Assembly (NCBI GenBank): GCA_041665345.1
Contig: JBAYJA010000001.1
Coordinates: 265,206 to 329,205 of the forward strand
Length of the DNA stretch: 64,000 bases
Direction: 5' to 3'
Source: Patescibacteria group bacterium
GTDB taxonomy: Bacteria > Patescibacteriota > Patescibacteriia > PEXW01
Under the pieces are notes generated by a model. The model worked only from the letters and a program-made list of their open reading frames with translations, did no database searches and was not told where the DNA came from. Both the position numbers and the translations under genes were made by a program. Shown piece after piece: positions 35,448-45,291 of the stretch. Numbering within the stretch: position 1 is the first letter of the stretch; each line of letters opens with the position of its first letter.

Positions 35448-36512
35448 ATGGAAATCCCCCTCATTATCATCAGCGTGCTGGTTTTGGTTGGTATTTTGGT
35501 GCTCATTCTCCGCCAGGGGAAGGGGAGTACGCAAACGTCTGACCCGGCCATGCATGAGAAAATGGTGCGGCTGGAAGAGCGACTTTCGCAGCTCTCGGAG
35601 AAGAATGCAGATTTGAACCGGACCGTGGATTCCAAAATGACGGAGTCCACCCGCGCCATGCAGCAGCAATTTGGCCAGTCCGCCAAGATTATTCAAGACG
35701 TCACCGAGCGTTTGACGAAGTTGGATGAAACCAACCGGCAGGTCGTAGGTTTTGCTGACCAGCTCCGGAGTTTGCAAGACATTCTCAAAAACCCCAAGCA
35801 ACGTGGGGTGCTGGGAGAGTACTACTTAGAAACGCTCCTCAAGAACGTGCTGCCCCCAAATGCGTATGAAATGCAGTACAAGTTTAAAGACGGCGAGATT
35901 GTAGACGCCGTGGTGTTCGTCAAGGACAAGATCGTGCCCATTGATTCCAAGTTTAGCCTGGAGAACTACAACCGCATGGCTGCTACCACGGACAAGTCTG
36001 AGCATGACCGCTTGGAAAAAGTCTTTGTGAACGATTTAAAAATGCGCATCCAGGAAACCGCCAAGTACGTCCGGCCCAATGAAGGCACCATGGACTTTGC
36101 CTTCATGTTCATTCCGCACGAAGCAATTTACTACGACCTACTGGTGAACAAGGTGGGCGCCATTACCGATGATACGGAAAATCTTATCCAACGTGCGGCT
36201 GGAAAGTACCACGTCATTATCGTCTCGCCCACGTCTTTCCTGGCGTACCTGCAAACCGTGCTCCAAGGTTTACGAGCCATGCAGATTGAAGAGTCGGCCA
36301 AGGAGATTAGGCAGAATGTGGAATTACTGGCCAAGCATTTGTCCAGCTACGATGTCTACATGCAAAAGCTGGGCGGCCACCTGGGCACCACGGTGAACAC
36401 CTACAACACGGCGTACAAAGAATTTAAGAAGGTGGACAAAGATGTCCTGAAGATTGCTGATGTTGGTGGAACAATCGAACCATTGGAATTGGAAAAGCCG
36501 AAAGGGGAGTAG
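35448..36512 (+). CDS. rmuC: DNA recombination protein RmuC
   Basis: An N-terminal TM helix and coiled coil are followed by the C-terminal RmuC nuclease-like region. Confidence 0.7.
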   Translation: MEIPLIIISVLVLVGILVLILRQGKGSTQTSDPAMHEKMVRLEERLSQLSEKNADLNRTVDSKMTESTRAMQQQFGQSAKIIQDVTERLTKLDETNRQVVGFADQLRSLQDILKNPKQRGVLGEYYLETLLKNVLPPNAYEMQYKFKDGEIVDAVVFVKDKIVPIDSKFSLENYNRMAATTDKSEHDRLEKVFVNDLKMRIQETAKYVRPNEGTMDFAFMFIPHEAIYYDLLVNKVGAITDDTENLIQRAAGKYHVIIVSPTSFLAYLQTVLQGLRAMQIEESAKEIRQNVELLAKHLSSYDVYMQKLGGHLGTTVNTYNTAYKEFKKVDKDVLKIADVGGTIEPLELEKPKGE

Positions 36513-36568
36513 AGGGGGGGGGCTGCGCCGTAAAGCTATAAAGCCATAGGGCTGTAGAGGTCTTTTTC

Positions 36569-36656
36569 TTGTCATCCTGAGTCATACGAAGGATCTTGCT
36601 CTTTGCTTGGAACCACCACTAAGATCCTTCGTCGCAGAATTCTCAGAATGACAGAG
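36569..36656. repeat. REP-like long palindromic repeat (full copy)
   Basis: gtcatcctgagtcatacgaaggatc ... gatccttcgtcgcagaattctcagaatgac. The arms are complementary. Confidence 0.6.
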
Positions 36657-36807
36657 GAGGGTTATTGCGGTGTCCGTTGTAATACGGGGCCAGGTTGCTT
36701 AATAATAATTTTTAAGCTTACTTAGATGCTCTTAGTAAACCAAGTAATTTAACAATCGTACTTTTTGAAAGAAAAGAAGACCCCCAGAGTGGAGGTCTTA
36801 TTTTTTA

Positions 36808-37104
36808 CTACCCGTTGATGCACAGGAGAAATCCGCTAGCCATACCCAGGAGCCCAAGGACGAAAGCAATGATTGCGTAGACACGACGTCGACGCGATTT
36901 CAGGTACTCCACCTCAGCGGCGGCTTCTTCGTATCGGTCAACATACTGGGGTCCGTACCGAATTTCTTCTGCATTTCTTGGAACTTGCTTGCGAATCCAT
37001 TGGCTAATCATTCCTGATTTCATTGCAAGTAGCACTGCGAGTATGCCAGAAGCAAGTCCCAGGCAAAAGAGCACAACGCCGAGTGTATTTACTTGTACGT
37101 ACAT
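36808..37104 (-). CDS. small two-TM membrane protein
   Basis: Two hydrophobic helices. Confidence 0.4.
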   Translation of the reverse strand: MYVQVNTLGVVLFCLGLASGILAVLLAMKSGMISQWIRKQVPRNAEEIRYGPQYVDRYEEAAAEVEYLKSRRRRVYAIIAFVLGLLGMASGFLLCING

Positions 37105-37200
37105 TTTTCCTCCTCTATTTTTTCATAACCACCTTACGACGAGTCTCCCGTAGTGTCAATGTTGCTCAAGCGGGTAACACCGCGTATCATAAGTTTAGCT

Positions 37201-38232
37201 ATGTCCGAACAATTTGAATCACATTACCAGCAGTCAGAAGTCCAAACCTCCACGGACGCGGCATCGGCGCGTGTTGTTGAGCAAGTGGAGCAGGTCGCTG
37301 AGGAACACGTGGAGCAAACTCGCCAAGCGCTGTTTGAACGGCTACCGGAACTCGCGGCACAACTTAGTGAGCAGGAGGTACGAACCTTGGCTGCAGTAGG
37401 GGAAAAAGACGCGGGAACCTTCACCCACCTGATGGACGTGGCAGAAACCGTGCAGCAGCACATGCCCATGCTGCAGAAAATTTTGGCAACGGAAAAACTC
37501 CCATCCGAAGCGCTTGCCAAAGCAGCGCTGTTCCATGATGTGGGGAAGCTTGGTTTACCCACGCGCTTGGTGCAAGGCACAGTGGGGGAGCAAGCGCTGC
37601 AAACCCGGCTGGCCGTGCTGCTGGAAGATCCAGATGGAGATACTACATTCCTAGACGAACGCTTGCGTGCGCTGGGGCAGTTGCCCAGCTGGAAAAATGC
37701 AAATGCCTTAACCCCGGAGCAAAAGGGGAAATTAAGTTCTCGAGCGCGTGAACTGCTCACCTTGGCACAGTACTTTGGCGGCGACCCAGAGGCTCTGGCG
37801 GAGTGCCGAGCATATGGTTTGGATCCAGAGCAGACTTCGTTCATGGATGCGCTGCACACGCACGAAGCGCAGACCAAGGAGATTTTGGAAAACTTGGGGT
37901 ATGCGCCAGATGACCCCGTGGCGGCAGTGGCTGGGACGCATCATAACTACTCTGATGAGCTGAGGCACTACCCACTTTCAACTGCTTTTTTGGAAATTGT
38001 AGATATGTACGAAGCCCTTACCCAAGAGCGCACCTACCAGGCTGGTCGTTCCTCGTTGGAAGCTCTGCATACCATCATGCAAGCCCCAAAAGGTGATCCA
38101 TTCCACCGCCGGATGCGGGCGAAGTTTGTTCGGGAGAAGTTGAAGGAGTTGGATTTTTCCACAGTCACTGCTCGGGAGCATGAACTCCTGGATGCTATTG
38201 AGCGCGGTATTACACGGGAACCAGATCTCTAA
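37201..38232 (+). CDS. HD-domain phosphohydrolase, HD-GYP-like with a degenerate GYP block
   Basis: ALFHDVGK is the HD motif. GTHHNYSDELRHYP resembles HHExxDGxGYP. DMYEALTQERTYQAG matches the HD-GYP C-terminal D.YDAL...R.Y signature. Confidence 0.55.
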   Translation: MSEQFESHYQQSEVQTSTDAASARVVEQVEQVAEEHVEQTRQALFERLPELAAQLSEQEVRTLAAVGEKDAGTFTHLMDVAETVQQHMPMLQKILATEKLPSEALAKAALFHDVGKLGLPTRLVQGTVGEQALQTRLAVLLEDPDGDTTFLDERLRALGQLPSWKNANALTPEQKGKLSSRARELLTLAQYFGGDPEALAECRAYGLDPEQTSFMDALHTHEAQTKEILENLGYAPDDPVAAVAGTHHNYSDELRHYPLSTAFLEIVDMYEALTQERTYQAGRSSLEALHTIMQAPKGDPFHRRMRAKFVREKLKELDFSTVTAREHELLDAIERGITREPDL

Positions 38233-38274
38233 ACAAAAAAAGAAAACAGGCCATCAAATGGTGATAGCCTGTGA

Positions 38275-38580
38275 TTACCGAAAGTCCAGCAGGACAATGA
38301 TGAGCAAGATGAAAGCAGCGAAAAGGAAGCCGAGTCCCAACAGCATGCACCAGAATACCCGCAGTTTGTTTAGGAAGAACCCAGGGTACCGCTGTACCAG
38401 TATTTCCCTTTCCTCTTTTGTCACATTTCTCCATTCCGCCATGAGTGATTCAGCTTGCTGGTGTTTGGTGAGTCCTGGTTTTCGGTTTGGACAGTGTGCT
38501 TCAGACCGTTGATCATACAGCGCAAAAGCGTACACGGTTGCCGCAAAGCACAGGGCCAGGACGCCAATGATGTACCACAT
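38275..38580 (-). CDS. small membrane protein
   Basis: Two TM helices. Confidence 0.4.
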   Translation of the reverse strand: MWYIIGVLALCFAATVYAFALYDQRSEAHCPNRKPGLTKHQQAESLMAEWRNVTKEEREILVQRYPGFFLNKLRVFWCMLLGLGFLFAAFILLIIVLLDFR

Positions 38581-38681
38581 GTTTTTCCTTTCTCAAAGAA
38601 CCTTGGCCAAAGCCTAGCCCTGGCGGCGGAGGTTCGTCAAGCTCTTGAATAACCTGGCCGACGCGCGTAGCATAAAGGTAT

Positions 38682-39482
38682 ATGTTGCAGGTGCAGGGAT
38701 TAACGAAAAAGTTTGGGGAAGTAACCGCGGTTGAGGCGGTCACCTTTGACGCCCACGCGGGTGAGATTTTTGGTTTACTGGGGCCAAATGGTGCGGGGAA
38801 AACCACCACCATTCGGGTTATTGCCACAATTCTGCAGCCAACCGAAGGTACGGCCGTGGTCGATGGCCATGATATTCGCAAAGAACCAGAGGCAGTGAGA
38901 AAGACCTTGGGTTTACTCACTGCGGACATTGGAGTGTACGACCGCTTCACCGCCCGGGAAAATTTGCGGTACATGGGCCGGCTCTACGGTTTGGGTGGTA
39001 CGGCTTTGGAAAATCGTATACACACACTACTCGTCGCTTTAGAAATGGAACACTTTGCGGATCGGCGGGCGGGTACGTTTTCCACCGGCATGAAGCAGAA
39101 AGTGGCCATTGCTCGCTCTATTATCCACGATCCAAAGGTTGTGATTTTTGACGAACCAACGGCTGGGTTGGATGTGCTGGCTAGCCAGACGGTGATTCGG
39201 TACATGCAGCATGCCAAGCAGGATGGGAAATTAGTTATTCTTTCCACGCACGACATGGCGCACGCGCAAGCATTGTGTGATCGGGTGGGGATCATCCACC
39301 GGAGCAAGCTCATCACGCTAGCCACGCCACAAGAGTTGCTACAGCAGACGCAGTCCCAAAATTTGGAGGAGGCTTTCTTGGCGATCGTTGGCCAGAACGC
39401 AGCGCAAACAACAGAGCGTGAGCGGGAGGAAGCGCATTTACGTGACGTTGCCAAGAAGCGCAAAAAGCTTTTCAAACTATGA
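38682..39482 (+). CDS. ABC transporter ATP-binding protein
   Basis: Walker A GPNGAGKTT, ABC signature FSTGMKQKVAIARS and Walker B VVIFDEPTAGLD. Confidence 0.85.
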   Translation: MLQVQGLTKKFGEVTAVEAVTFDAHAGEIFGLLGPNGAGKTTTIRVIATILQPTEGTAVVDGHDIRKEPEAVRKTLGLLTADIGVYDRFTARENLRYMGRLYGLGGTALENRIHTLLVALEMEHFADRRAGTFSTGMKQKVAIARSIIHDPKVVIFDEPTAGLDVLASQTVIRYMQHAKQDGKLVILSTHDMAHAQALCDRVGIIHRSKLITLATPQELLQQTQSQNLEEAFLAIVGQNAAQTTEREREEAHLRDVAKKRKKLFKL

Positions 39483-40663
39483 ATCCCATTCGCACCATTT
39501 GCAGCAAAGAGCTGCTGGACAGTTTGCGTGACCGGCGTACGCTGCTCACTGCCGTGCTGCTACCCGTCCTGCTCATGCCGGCCATCCTGGTGGGGAGCAT
39601 CAAATTCCAGGAGTACCAAATTCAGCAGGCTGAGGAGAAGCCGGTCACGCTGGCACTGGAGCATGAAGCTGCGGTACCAACTTTGGTTGCATTCTTCAAA
39701 CAACAACCGAAGGTTGAACTGAAAATCACAACCGACTACCCAGCGGACTTGGACAGCGGTGCCATTGCCGCGTACCTGAGTTTCACGCCGACCTTGGAAC
39801 AGGACGTGCAGAAAGGGATTCCGGCTGATGTGCGGGTAATCCAGAAGAGTTCCAACATTACCTCAACTACTGCCGCAGCCAAAGCGCTGAGTTTGCTCCA
39901 GCTTTTCAACCGAGAGCAGGCCGCCAAACGCCTTGCCGCGCAACAGGTGGATGCCAAGCTCCTGGATGCGCTTGTTCCAGTGCCCGTGGATATCGCCACC
40001 AGTCAGGAGAAGAGTGGCTTCTTCCTGGGTTTGCTCCTGCCAATGTTCATTGTCCTCTTCGCACTCATTGGTGGGATGTACATTGCCATTGATGTTTCCG
40101 CAGGGGAGAAGGAGCGCAAGACCTTGGAAGCCCTGCTGCTCACGCCGGCCACGCGTCTGCAAATTGTCGCTGGGAAGTTTGCGGCTGTTGCCATCACTGC
40201 CAGCACCACCATTGTTCTGTCCCTCGCATCCATGTACGCTGCGTTCAAACTTTTCCCACCGTCTTTTGGCGAAGAGACTGTGGCTATTCAGCTGTCTTTG
40301 GGTGCGGTTGGCATCATGCTGGGTATTGGGGTCATTCTTGCGGTTATGTTCTCCGGGCTCCTACTCTCTGTAGCTATTTTCGCCAAGAACTACAAGGAAG
40401 CGCAGAATTACATTACCCCATTCTACCTCCTCGCTGTGCTGCCAGTGGCTATCTTCGCGCAAATTCCAGGGTTCAAGCCCACGGTCGCCTTCTTCCTCAT
40501 TCCCGGGGTGAACGCGGTCTTCGTCATCAAGGAAGTGCTCATTGGCACATTCAACTGGCCGCACATTGGGCTAACCGTTGGGTCATTACTGGTGTACGCG
40601 CTGGTTGCCATCTTCGTCTCCAGCCGCATCTACGCCAAGGAGAGTGTGCTGTTCCGGAGCTAG
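39479..40663 (+). CDS. ABC-2 family transporter permease
   Basis: An N-terminal TM helix, a periplasmic loop and five C-terminal TM helices. Its start overlaps the ATPase stop. Confidence 0.7.
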   Translation: MNPIRTICSKELLDSLRDRRTLLTAVLLPVLLMPAILVGSIKFQEYQIQQAEEKPVTLALEHEAAVPTLVAFFKQQPKVELKITTDYPADLDSGAIAAYLSFTPTLEQDVQKGIPADVRVIQKSSNITSTTAAAKALSLLQLFNREQAAKRLAAQQVDAKLLDALVPVPVDIATSQEKSGFFLGLLLPMFIVLFALIGGMYIAIDVSAGEKERKTLEALLLTPATRLQIVAGKFAAVAITASTTIVLSLASMYAAFKLFPPSFGEETVAIQLSLGAVGIMLGIGVILAVMFSGLLLSVAIFAKNYKEAQNYITPFYLLAVLPVAIFAQIPGFKPTVAFFLIPGVNAVFVIKEVLIGTFNWPHIGLTVGSLLVYALVAIFVSSRIYAKESVLFRS

Positions 40664-40742
40664 AGCTGGAGTTGGCGGCAAGTTGGCACACTAATAGGTT
40701 TGTAAGTTGGGAAAAAGAAAACCCATCGATATCCTCGATGGG

Positions 40743-41237
40743 TTATTTGGCGTCTGGCCAAGGAAGGATGAGCTCCTTGCCATTTTGGAAGGCAATGACC
40801 ATCCCTTCGCTGGAAGGCAGGCATGAGGTAGGCTCGGAAGCAGACCAGTCATCAGGCGGGGGTTGCCGCTTTTCAATGCTCACCGCGTACCGGGTGCCAA
40901 ATTTTGTGTCCCGGTGAGCGATGTACAGTTGGTAGGTGTGTGCCCCACGTTGGACAACCGTGAAGGGTTCTAGGCTCTTGTACCATTGTGCGGTTGGCGA
41001 AGTAACCCGCATACTCCGAGCGGCTTCCACAAAGTCCTCGTGTGAGGCTTTCCGTTCTTCATGGTGGAAATGGACCATCAAGAAGAGGACGAGCCCGCCA
41101 ATCACACCCACACCCAGACAAATGGTGCCAACGATGTAGGCCTGAATGACGATGAGGAAAATGCCAACCACAAAGACGGCAAGAATGACCAGAACCGCAA
41201 ATGAGATCGCGGGAATTTTCAGATTGTCATGCCGAGG
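40743..41237 (-). CDS. membrane-anchored hypothetical protein
   Basis: Two TM helices followed by a soluble domain. The start is placed at MPRHDN. Confidence 0.4.
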   Translation of the reverse strand, partial: PRHDNLKIPAISFAVLVILAVFVVGIFLIVIQAYIVGTICLGVGVIGGLVLFLMVHFHHEERKASHEDFVEAARSMRVTSPTAQWYKSLEPFTVVQRGAHTYQLYIAHRDTKFGTRYAVSIEKRQPPPDDWSASEPTSCLPSSEGMVIAFQNGKELILPWPDAK

Positions 41238-41386
41238 CATGGGTTCCTCCTGGGAAAGATCGTTTGCTGTCAGGCTAGGGTACGGGCGGGAATTGGTCAA
41301 TGTACCGGACTGTTGACTTGCCTCAACGAGAGGCGTAGGGTAGGGACAAAGAAAAAGAAGAAACAATTCTTTGAAAAGGAGTTCCA

Positions 41387-42046
41387 ATGTTCCGTTGGTT
41401 ACCATTTTTTCTCTGCCTGTTCGCTGCACCAGGAATCCAGGCGCAGCAAGATGTGCTGTGCACCATTACCGCCTACGATTCAGCGCAGGTACAAGTTGTG
41501 CTTTACAATGCAGTCTACGGACGCGCCACATTTAACACCATTTGCGTCCCCGGTGCGACAAAAGTATCCACGACTGATTTTCATCCCCAAGTGCCAGATT
41601 CCATTCCTGATTGGTGGGCTGAAGTCGTCGACATTCAGATTCTGCTTGTTCCATTGCACCTACCAGCACCCTTATTCATTCTACATTCGGCTCCAGGATC
41701 AGATTGTGGCGGCGGGGATAACAGGGCAAATCCCTTTGAGCATGGCTTTGAGTTGAGAATGAACTACCAGTTGCAGCCATGGAAGAAAATTTTTGCGGAG
41801 GGCTGGGAACCAAAAAATAGAGTAAATTTTGGAGGCCCCAATGGATTTTTTTCTAGCGTGGAAGTGCATGTTGATGGCACTAAGAAATCTCGGCAAATTG
41901 TTTCTCTGTCTTCCTACGGCACTTCAATGCAATGCAACATTGAAGATTTTTTACCAACTGACACCATGGAGTGCTGGCTCCTGCTCCTTCGAGGAGCTGA
42001 CCCAGATTTTGAAGCAACCATTCGTGTGCCAATGCGCTCTTTGTAG
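41387..42046 (+). CDS. secreted hypothetical protein
   Basis: Signal peptide MFRWLPFFLCLFAAPGIQA. Confidence 0.45.
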   Translation: MFRWLPFFLCLFAAPGIQAQQDVLCTITAYDSAQVQVVLYNAVYGRATFNTICVPGATKVSTTDFHPQVPDSIPDWWAEVVDIQILLVPLHLPAPLFILHSAPGSDCGGGDNRANPFEHGFELRMNYQLQPWKKIFAEGWEPKNRVNFGGPNGFFSSVEVHVDGTKKSRQIVSLSSYGTSMQCNIEDFLPTDTMECWLLLLRGADPDFEATIRVPMRSL

Positions 42047-42266
42047 ATTACCCCTCGCCGACCTCACCTAGGTCGGCTTTTTTGTGCAAGAGAAAACCGC
42101 CAGGAGAAGCCGGGCGGTTTACAGAGAGCGAGACTGAGATTACTTTTTGTTATTCAGCTCAGTAATGATTTTTGCCATCTCCAGCGGTGGCATTTTCCCA
42201 GTTGCGGGCTTCGTTGGCTGAACTACTTTGTCTGCCATGTGCACCTCCTGTGCGTGGCTATAGGGT

Positions 42267-42821
42267 TTAGTTTTCGGTTTGCTCTGAGTTAGAGTCGGCT
42301 GGTGCCGGTTCCTCTTCAGTTCTGGCGGAGAGCAGGGCAGCAAGTTCGGGCGGGTAGAATTCGTACTTCCGGTCACCGACGGGCTTGCCATTTGCCAGTT
42401 GCACGGCAACGCTCACATTCGGTAAATGACCCGGATCCTTGGGATTCACAAAGCAAATTTTTAACCACTTTTCTTGTTGCGGAGCGGATTGTTCTTCGGG
42501 TAGCACATCGGATTTCGTACCGTTGTGCGTACACGTCCCAACGGTGACCCGCCAGGTACTGCGAATGGCTAGACCCACCGGGAGGTGCGTCTTCAAATCT
42601 TGTTCAAACTGGATGACGGTTACCCCACCACTTGCTTTCGTGTCGTAGGTCCGAAACCTACCCGCTGTCTTCAGCCTTTGCATTTGTGCATCCATCGCTG
42701 CGTCCAGCATGACGCGAAGTGAATCCACGGATGCTTGGGTGTACCCGTCGGTGAGCCCAACGGTTGCCGTGGGGGTGGGCGCACTCGCCAGGGTAGCGAG
42801 CAGGGCAAATGTGATGAGCAA
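42267..42821 (-). CDS. secreted hypothetical protein
   Basis: Signal peptide ending ...ALLATLASAPTPTA. Confidence 0.45.
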   Translation of the reverse strand: MLITFALLATLASAPTPTATVGLTDGYTQASVDSLRVMLDAAMDAQMQRLKTAGRFRTYDTKASGGVTVIQFEQDLKTHLPVGLAIRSTWRVTVGTCTHNGTKSDVLPEEQSAPQQEKWLKICFVNPKDPGHLPNVSVAVQLANGKPVGDRKYEFYPPELAALLSARTEEEPAPADSNSEQTEN

Positions 42822-42901
42822 TGTTCCTCCTTGTTTGTTCCTATCCTACAGCGTTTTTTTGATCGGTCAAGCTACAAAAATATGCTACACTGGAAATCAC
42901 T

Positions 42902-44164
42902 ATGCTGCAACGAACCACTTTGCCCAACGGGCTCCGCGTGCTCATCCACCCCCTGAAAGAAACCCAAGCCGTTACGGTCATGGCCTTTGTGAAAGTTGGT
43001 TCCCGGTACGAAACCCGGCCCCTCAGCGGCGCGGCGCACTTCTTGGAGCACCTCTTCTTCAAAGGCACCAAGCGGCGGCCAACCACCCTGACCATTTCCA
43101 AAGAGCTGGACGGCATTGGCGCGGCGTTCAACGCCTTCACCTCCAAAGACCACACGGCATACTACATTAAGGCCAACCGTCAGCATGTGGGTTTGGCGCT
43201 GGATATGCTCTCCGACATGCTGGTGCATTCCACGTTTGATGCCACGGAGCTGAACCGCGAGCGAGGTGTGATTATCGAAGAAATAAAAATGTATGAGGAT
43301 AACCCCATGGCTCTGCTGGAAGACGTGCTGGAGCAGGGGTTGTACGGCAACACGCCGTTAGGTTGGAATATCGCTGGCACGGCCAAAGGTATCACGGCTA
43401 TGGATCGGGCGGCCATGCTGGCGTTCAAAGACCAGTACTACGTGGGGAAGAACATGTGGCTGGTGCTGGCCGGCAATGTCCCCAAGAATATCCAACAGCT
43501 GGTGCAGAAAACCTTTGGTCAGGTACCGGCACGTCGGTCTGGTACGGCCGCACCCAAGCAGCAACGCTTTGGCACGGAGCGCATTACCCTCCGCACCAAA
43601 GATACCGCCCAAGTCCAGCTGGGTTTCAGCATGCCGGGTGTGCACTACCAGCACCCAGATGCAGATGCACTGAGCCTCTTAGCAGTCATGCTGGGTGGCA
43701 CCATGAGCTCTCGGCTCTTCATTGAAATTCGGGAGCGGCGGGGTCTGTGCTACAGCATTCGGGCCAGCGTGAATCCCTACGAAGACATTGGGCACTTGGC
43801 CGTCCAGGTGGGTTTGGACAAAGCGCGCTTGGAGGAAGCCGTTCCGGCAATTCTGGGTGTGCTGGCAGACTTTCAGAAAGGGGATTTTACCGCTGAAGAG
43901 TTCACCCGTGCCAAGGAGTACGTCAAAGGCAAATTCATTTTGGACTTGGAAGATTCGGAGAATATTGCCGGTTGGCTGGGGAAGCAGGTACTGTTTGCAA
44001 AGAAAGTGAAAACCGCCACAGAGCGCATAGCCGACATTGAAAAAGTAACCGCGGCTCGTGTTCGGGCTTTGGCCAAGCGGGTGCTGCAGCGGAAGGGCTT
44101 CCGTCTGGCCGTGGTGGGTCCGTACACCAGCACGCAATCTTTCCGTAAGCTTATGGCCGGGTAA
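42902..44164 (+). CDS. M16 family zinc peptidase (insulinase-like)
   Basis: The HFLEHLFFKGT block contains the inverted zinc motif HxxEH. Confidence 0.85.
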   Translation: MLQRTTLPNGLRVLIHPLKETQAVTVMAFVKVGSRYETRPLSGAAHFLEHLFFKGTKRRPTTLTISKELDGIGAAFNAFTSKDHTAYYIKANRQHVGLALDMLSDMLVHSTFDATELNRERGVIIEEIKMYEDNPMALLEDVLEQGLYGNTPLGWNIAGTAKGITAMDRAAMLAFKDQYYVGKNMWLVLAGNVPKNIQQLVQKTFGQVPARRSGTAAPKQQRFGTERITLRTKDTAQVQLGFSMPGVHYQHPDADALSLLAVMLGGTMSSRLFIEIRERRGLCYSIRASVNPYEDIGHLAVQVGLDKARLEEAVPAILGVLADFQKGDFTAEEFTRAKEYVKGKFILDLEDSENIAGWLGKQVLFAKKVKTATERIADIEKVTAARVRALAKRVLQRKGFRLAVVGPYTSTQSFRKLMAG

Positions 44165-44179
44165 GCCGTAAGGATTTGG

Positions 44180-45277
44180 TTGCCCCGCATCGCCTTGCAG
44201 GGTATACTGGGGTGCATGGATACTCCAACCCCACGCCAGTCCGTGAACGTCAATATCAGCACGTCAACCATCCTGCGCTTGGTCTTGGTTTTTTTGCTCA
44301 TCGCTTTTGCGTACGCTATTAAGGACGTTTTCGTCCTGCTTCTGGTGGCGGTAGTGCTGGCAACGGCATTGGATCCGTGGGTGGATAAATTGCAGTGGAA
44401 GCGGATTCCCCGGGCAGCGACAGTAGTCATTTTACTGGTGCTGCTCTTCGGTGGGGTGAGCCTCATCCTCGCGCTTATCATCCCCCCCTTGGTGAATCAG
44501 GTGAATGAACTGTCATCCAATTTTCCTGCACTCTACCAGCGGTTCTTAGATGAGTTTAGCTCCATCCGCGACCTGGCTGCCAATGCGGGTCTGCAGCAGA
44601 ACGTCAGCAACGCCCTGCAGTCCTTGCAGCTCAATATTGGGAAAGCTGGTTCTGGGGTCTTTGGGGCAGTAGCCAGTTTTTTTGGTGGCCTCATCTCCTT
44701 TGTGGCCATTATCATCATGACCTACTACATGCTCAGCGAAGAGAGCGGCATGAAGCGGTTTTTCCGTTCGGTGGCGCCCCTGAAGTACCAGCCCTTCTTC
44801 CACCAGGTCATGGCGAAGGTGCAGGTGAAAATGGGTGGGTGGCTGCGCGGGCAGCTCATGCTCATGCTCATTGTTGCTGTCCTGGATTTCGTTGGTTTGT
44901 CCATCATCGGGGTGAAGTACGCGCTCGCCTTAGCCCTCTTTGCTGGGTTGCTAGAAATTATTCCGCTCATTGGTTCCACCGTGGCCGCCATCCCTGCGGC
45001 ATTCATCGCCTTCACCCTTAGCCCCACCAAGGGCGTGCTCACCATTATCCTCTTCTTCGTGGTGCAGCAGGTGCAGAATAACTTCATTACCCCCAAGGTC
45101 ATGAAGTCCACGACCGGCCTGCACTCGATTGTCATCATCATTGTGCTGCTCATTGGGGCAAAGCTCGCCGGTTTGCTGGGTGTGCTCCTGGCCATTCCCG
45201 TCACCCTCATTGTCATGACCATCTACGAGGAGATTTACGGGAAGAAGCGTGAGGAAGAACTGCAGCTTGAACGTTAA
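44180..45277 (+). CDS. AI-2E family transporter (PerM/UPF0118)
   Basis: Eight TM helices arranged like PerM. Confidence 0.7.
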   Translation: MPRIALQGILGCMDTPTPRQSVNVNISTSTILRLVLVFLLIAFAYAIKDVFVLLLVAVVLATALDPWVDKLQWKRIPRAATVVILLVLLFGGVSLILALIIPPLVNQVNELSSNFPALYQRFLDEFSSIRDLAANAGLQQNVSNALQSLQLNIGKAGSGVFGAVASFFGGLISFVAIIIMTYYMLSEESGMKRFFRSVAPLKYQPFFHQVMAKVQVKMGGWLRGQLMLMLIVAVLDFVGLSIIGVKYALALALFAGLLEIIPLIGSTVAAIPAAFIAFTLSPTKGVLTIILFFVVQQVQNNFITPKVMKSTTGLHSIVIIIVLLIGAKLAGLLGVLLAIPVTLIVMTIYEEIYGKKREEELQLER

Positions 45278-45291
45278 GGATACACTCTAGT

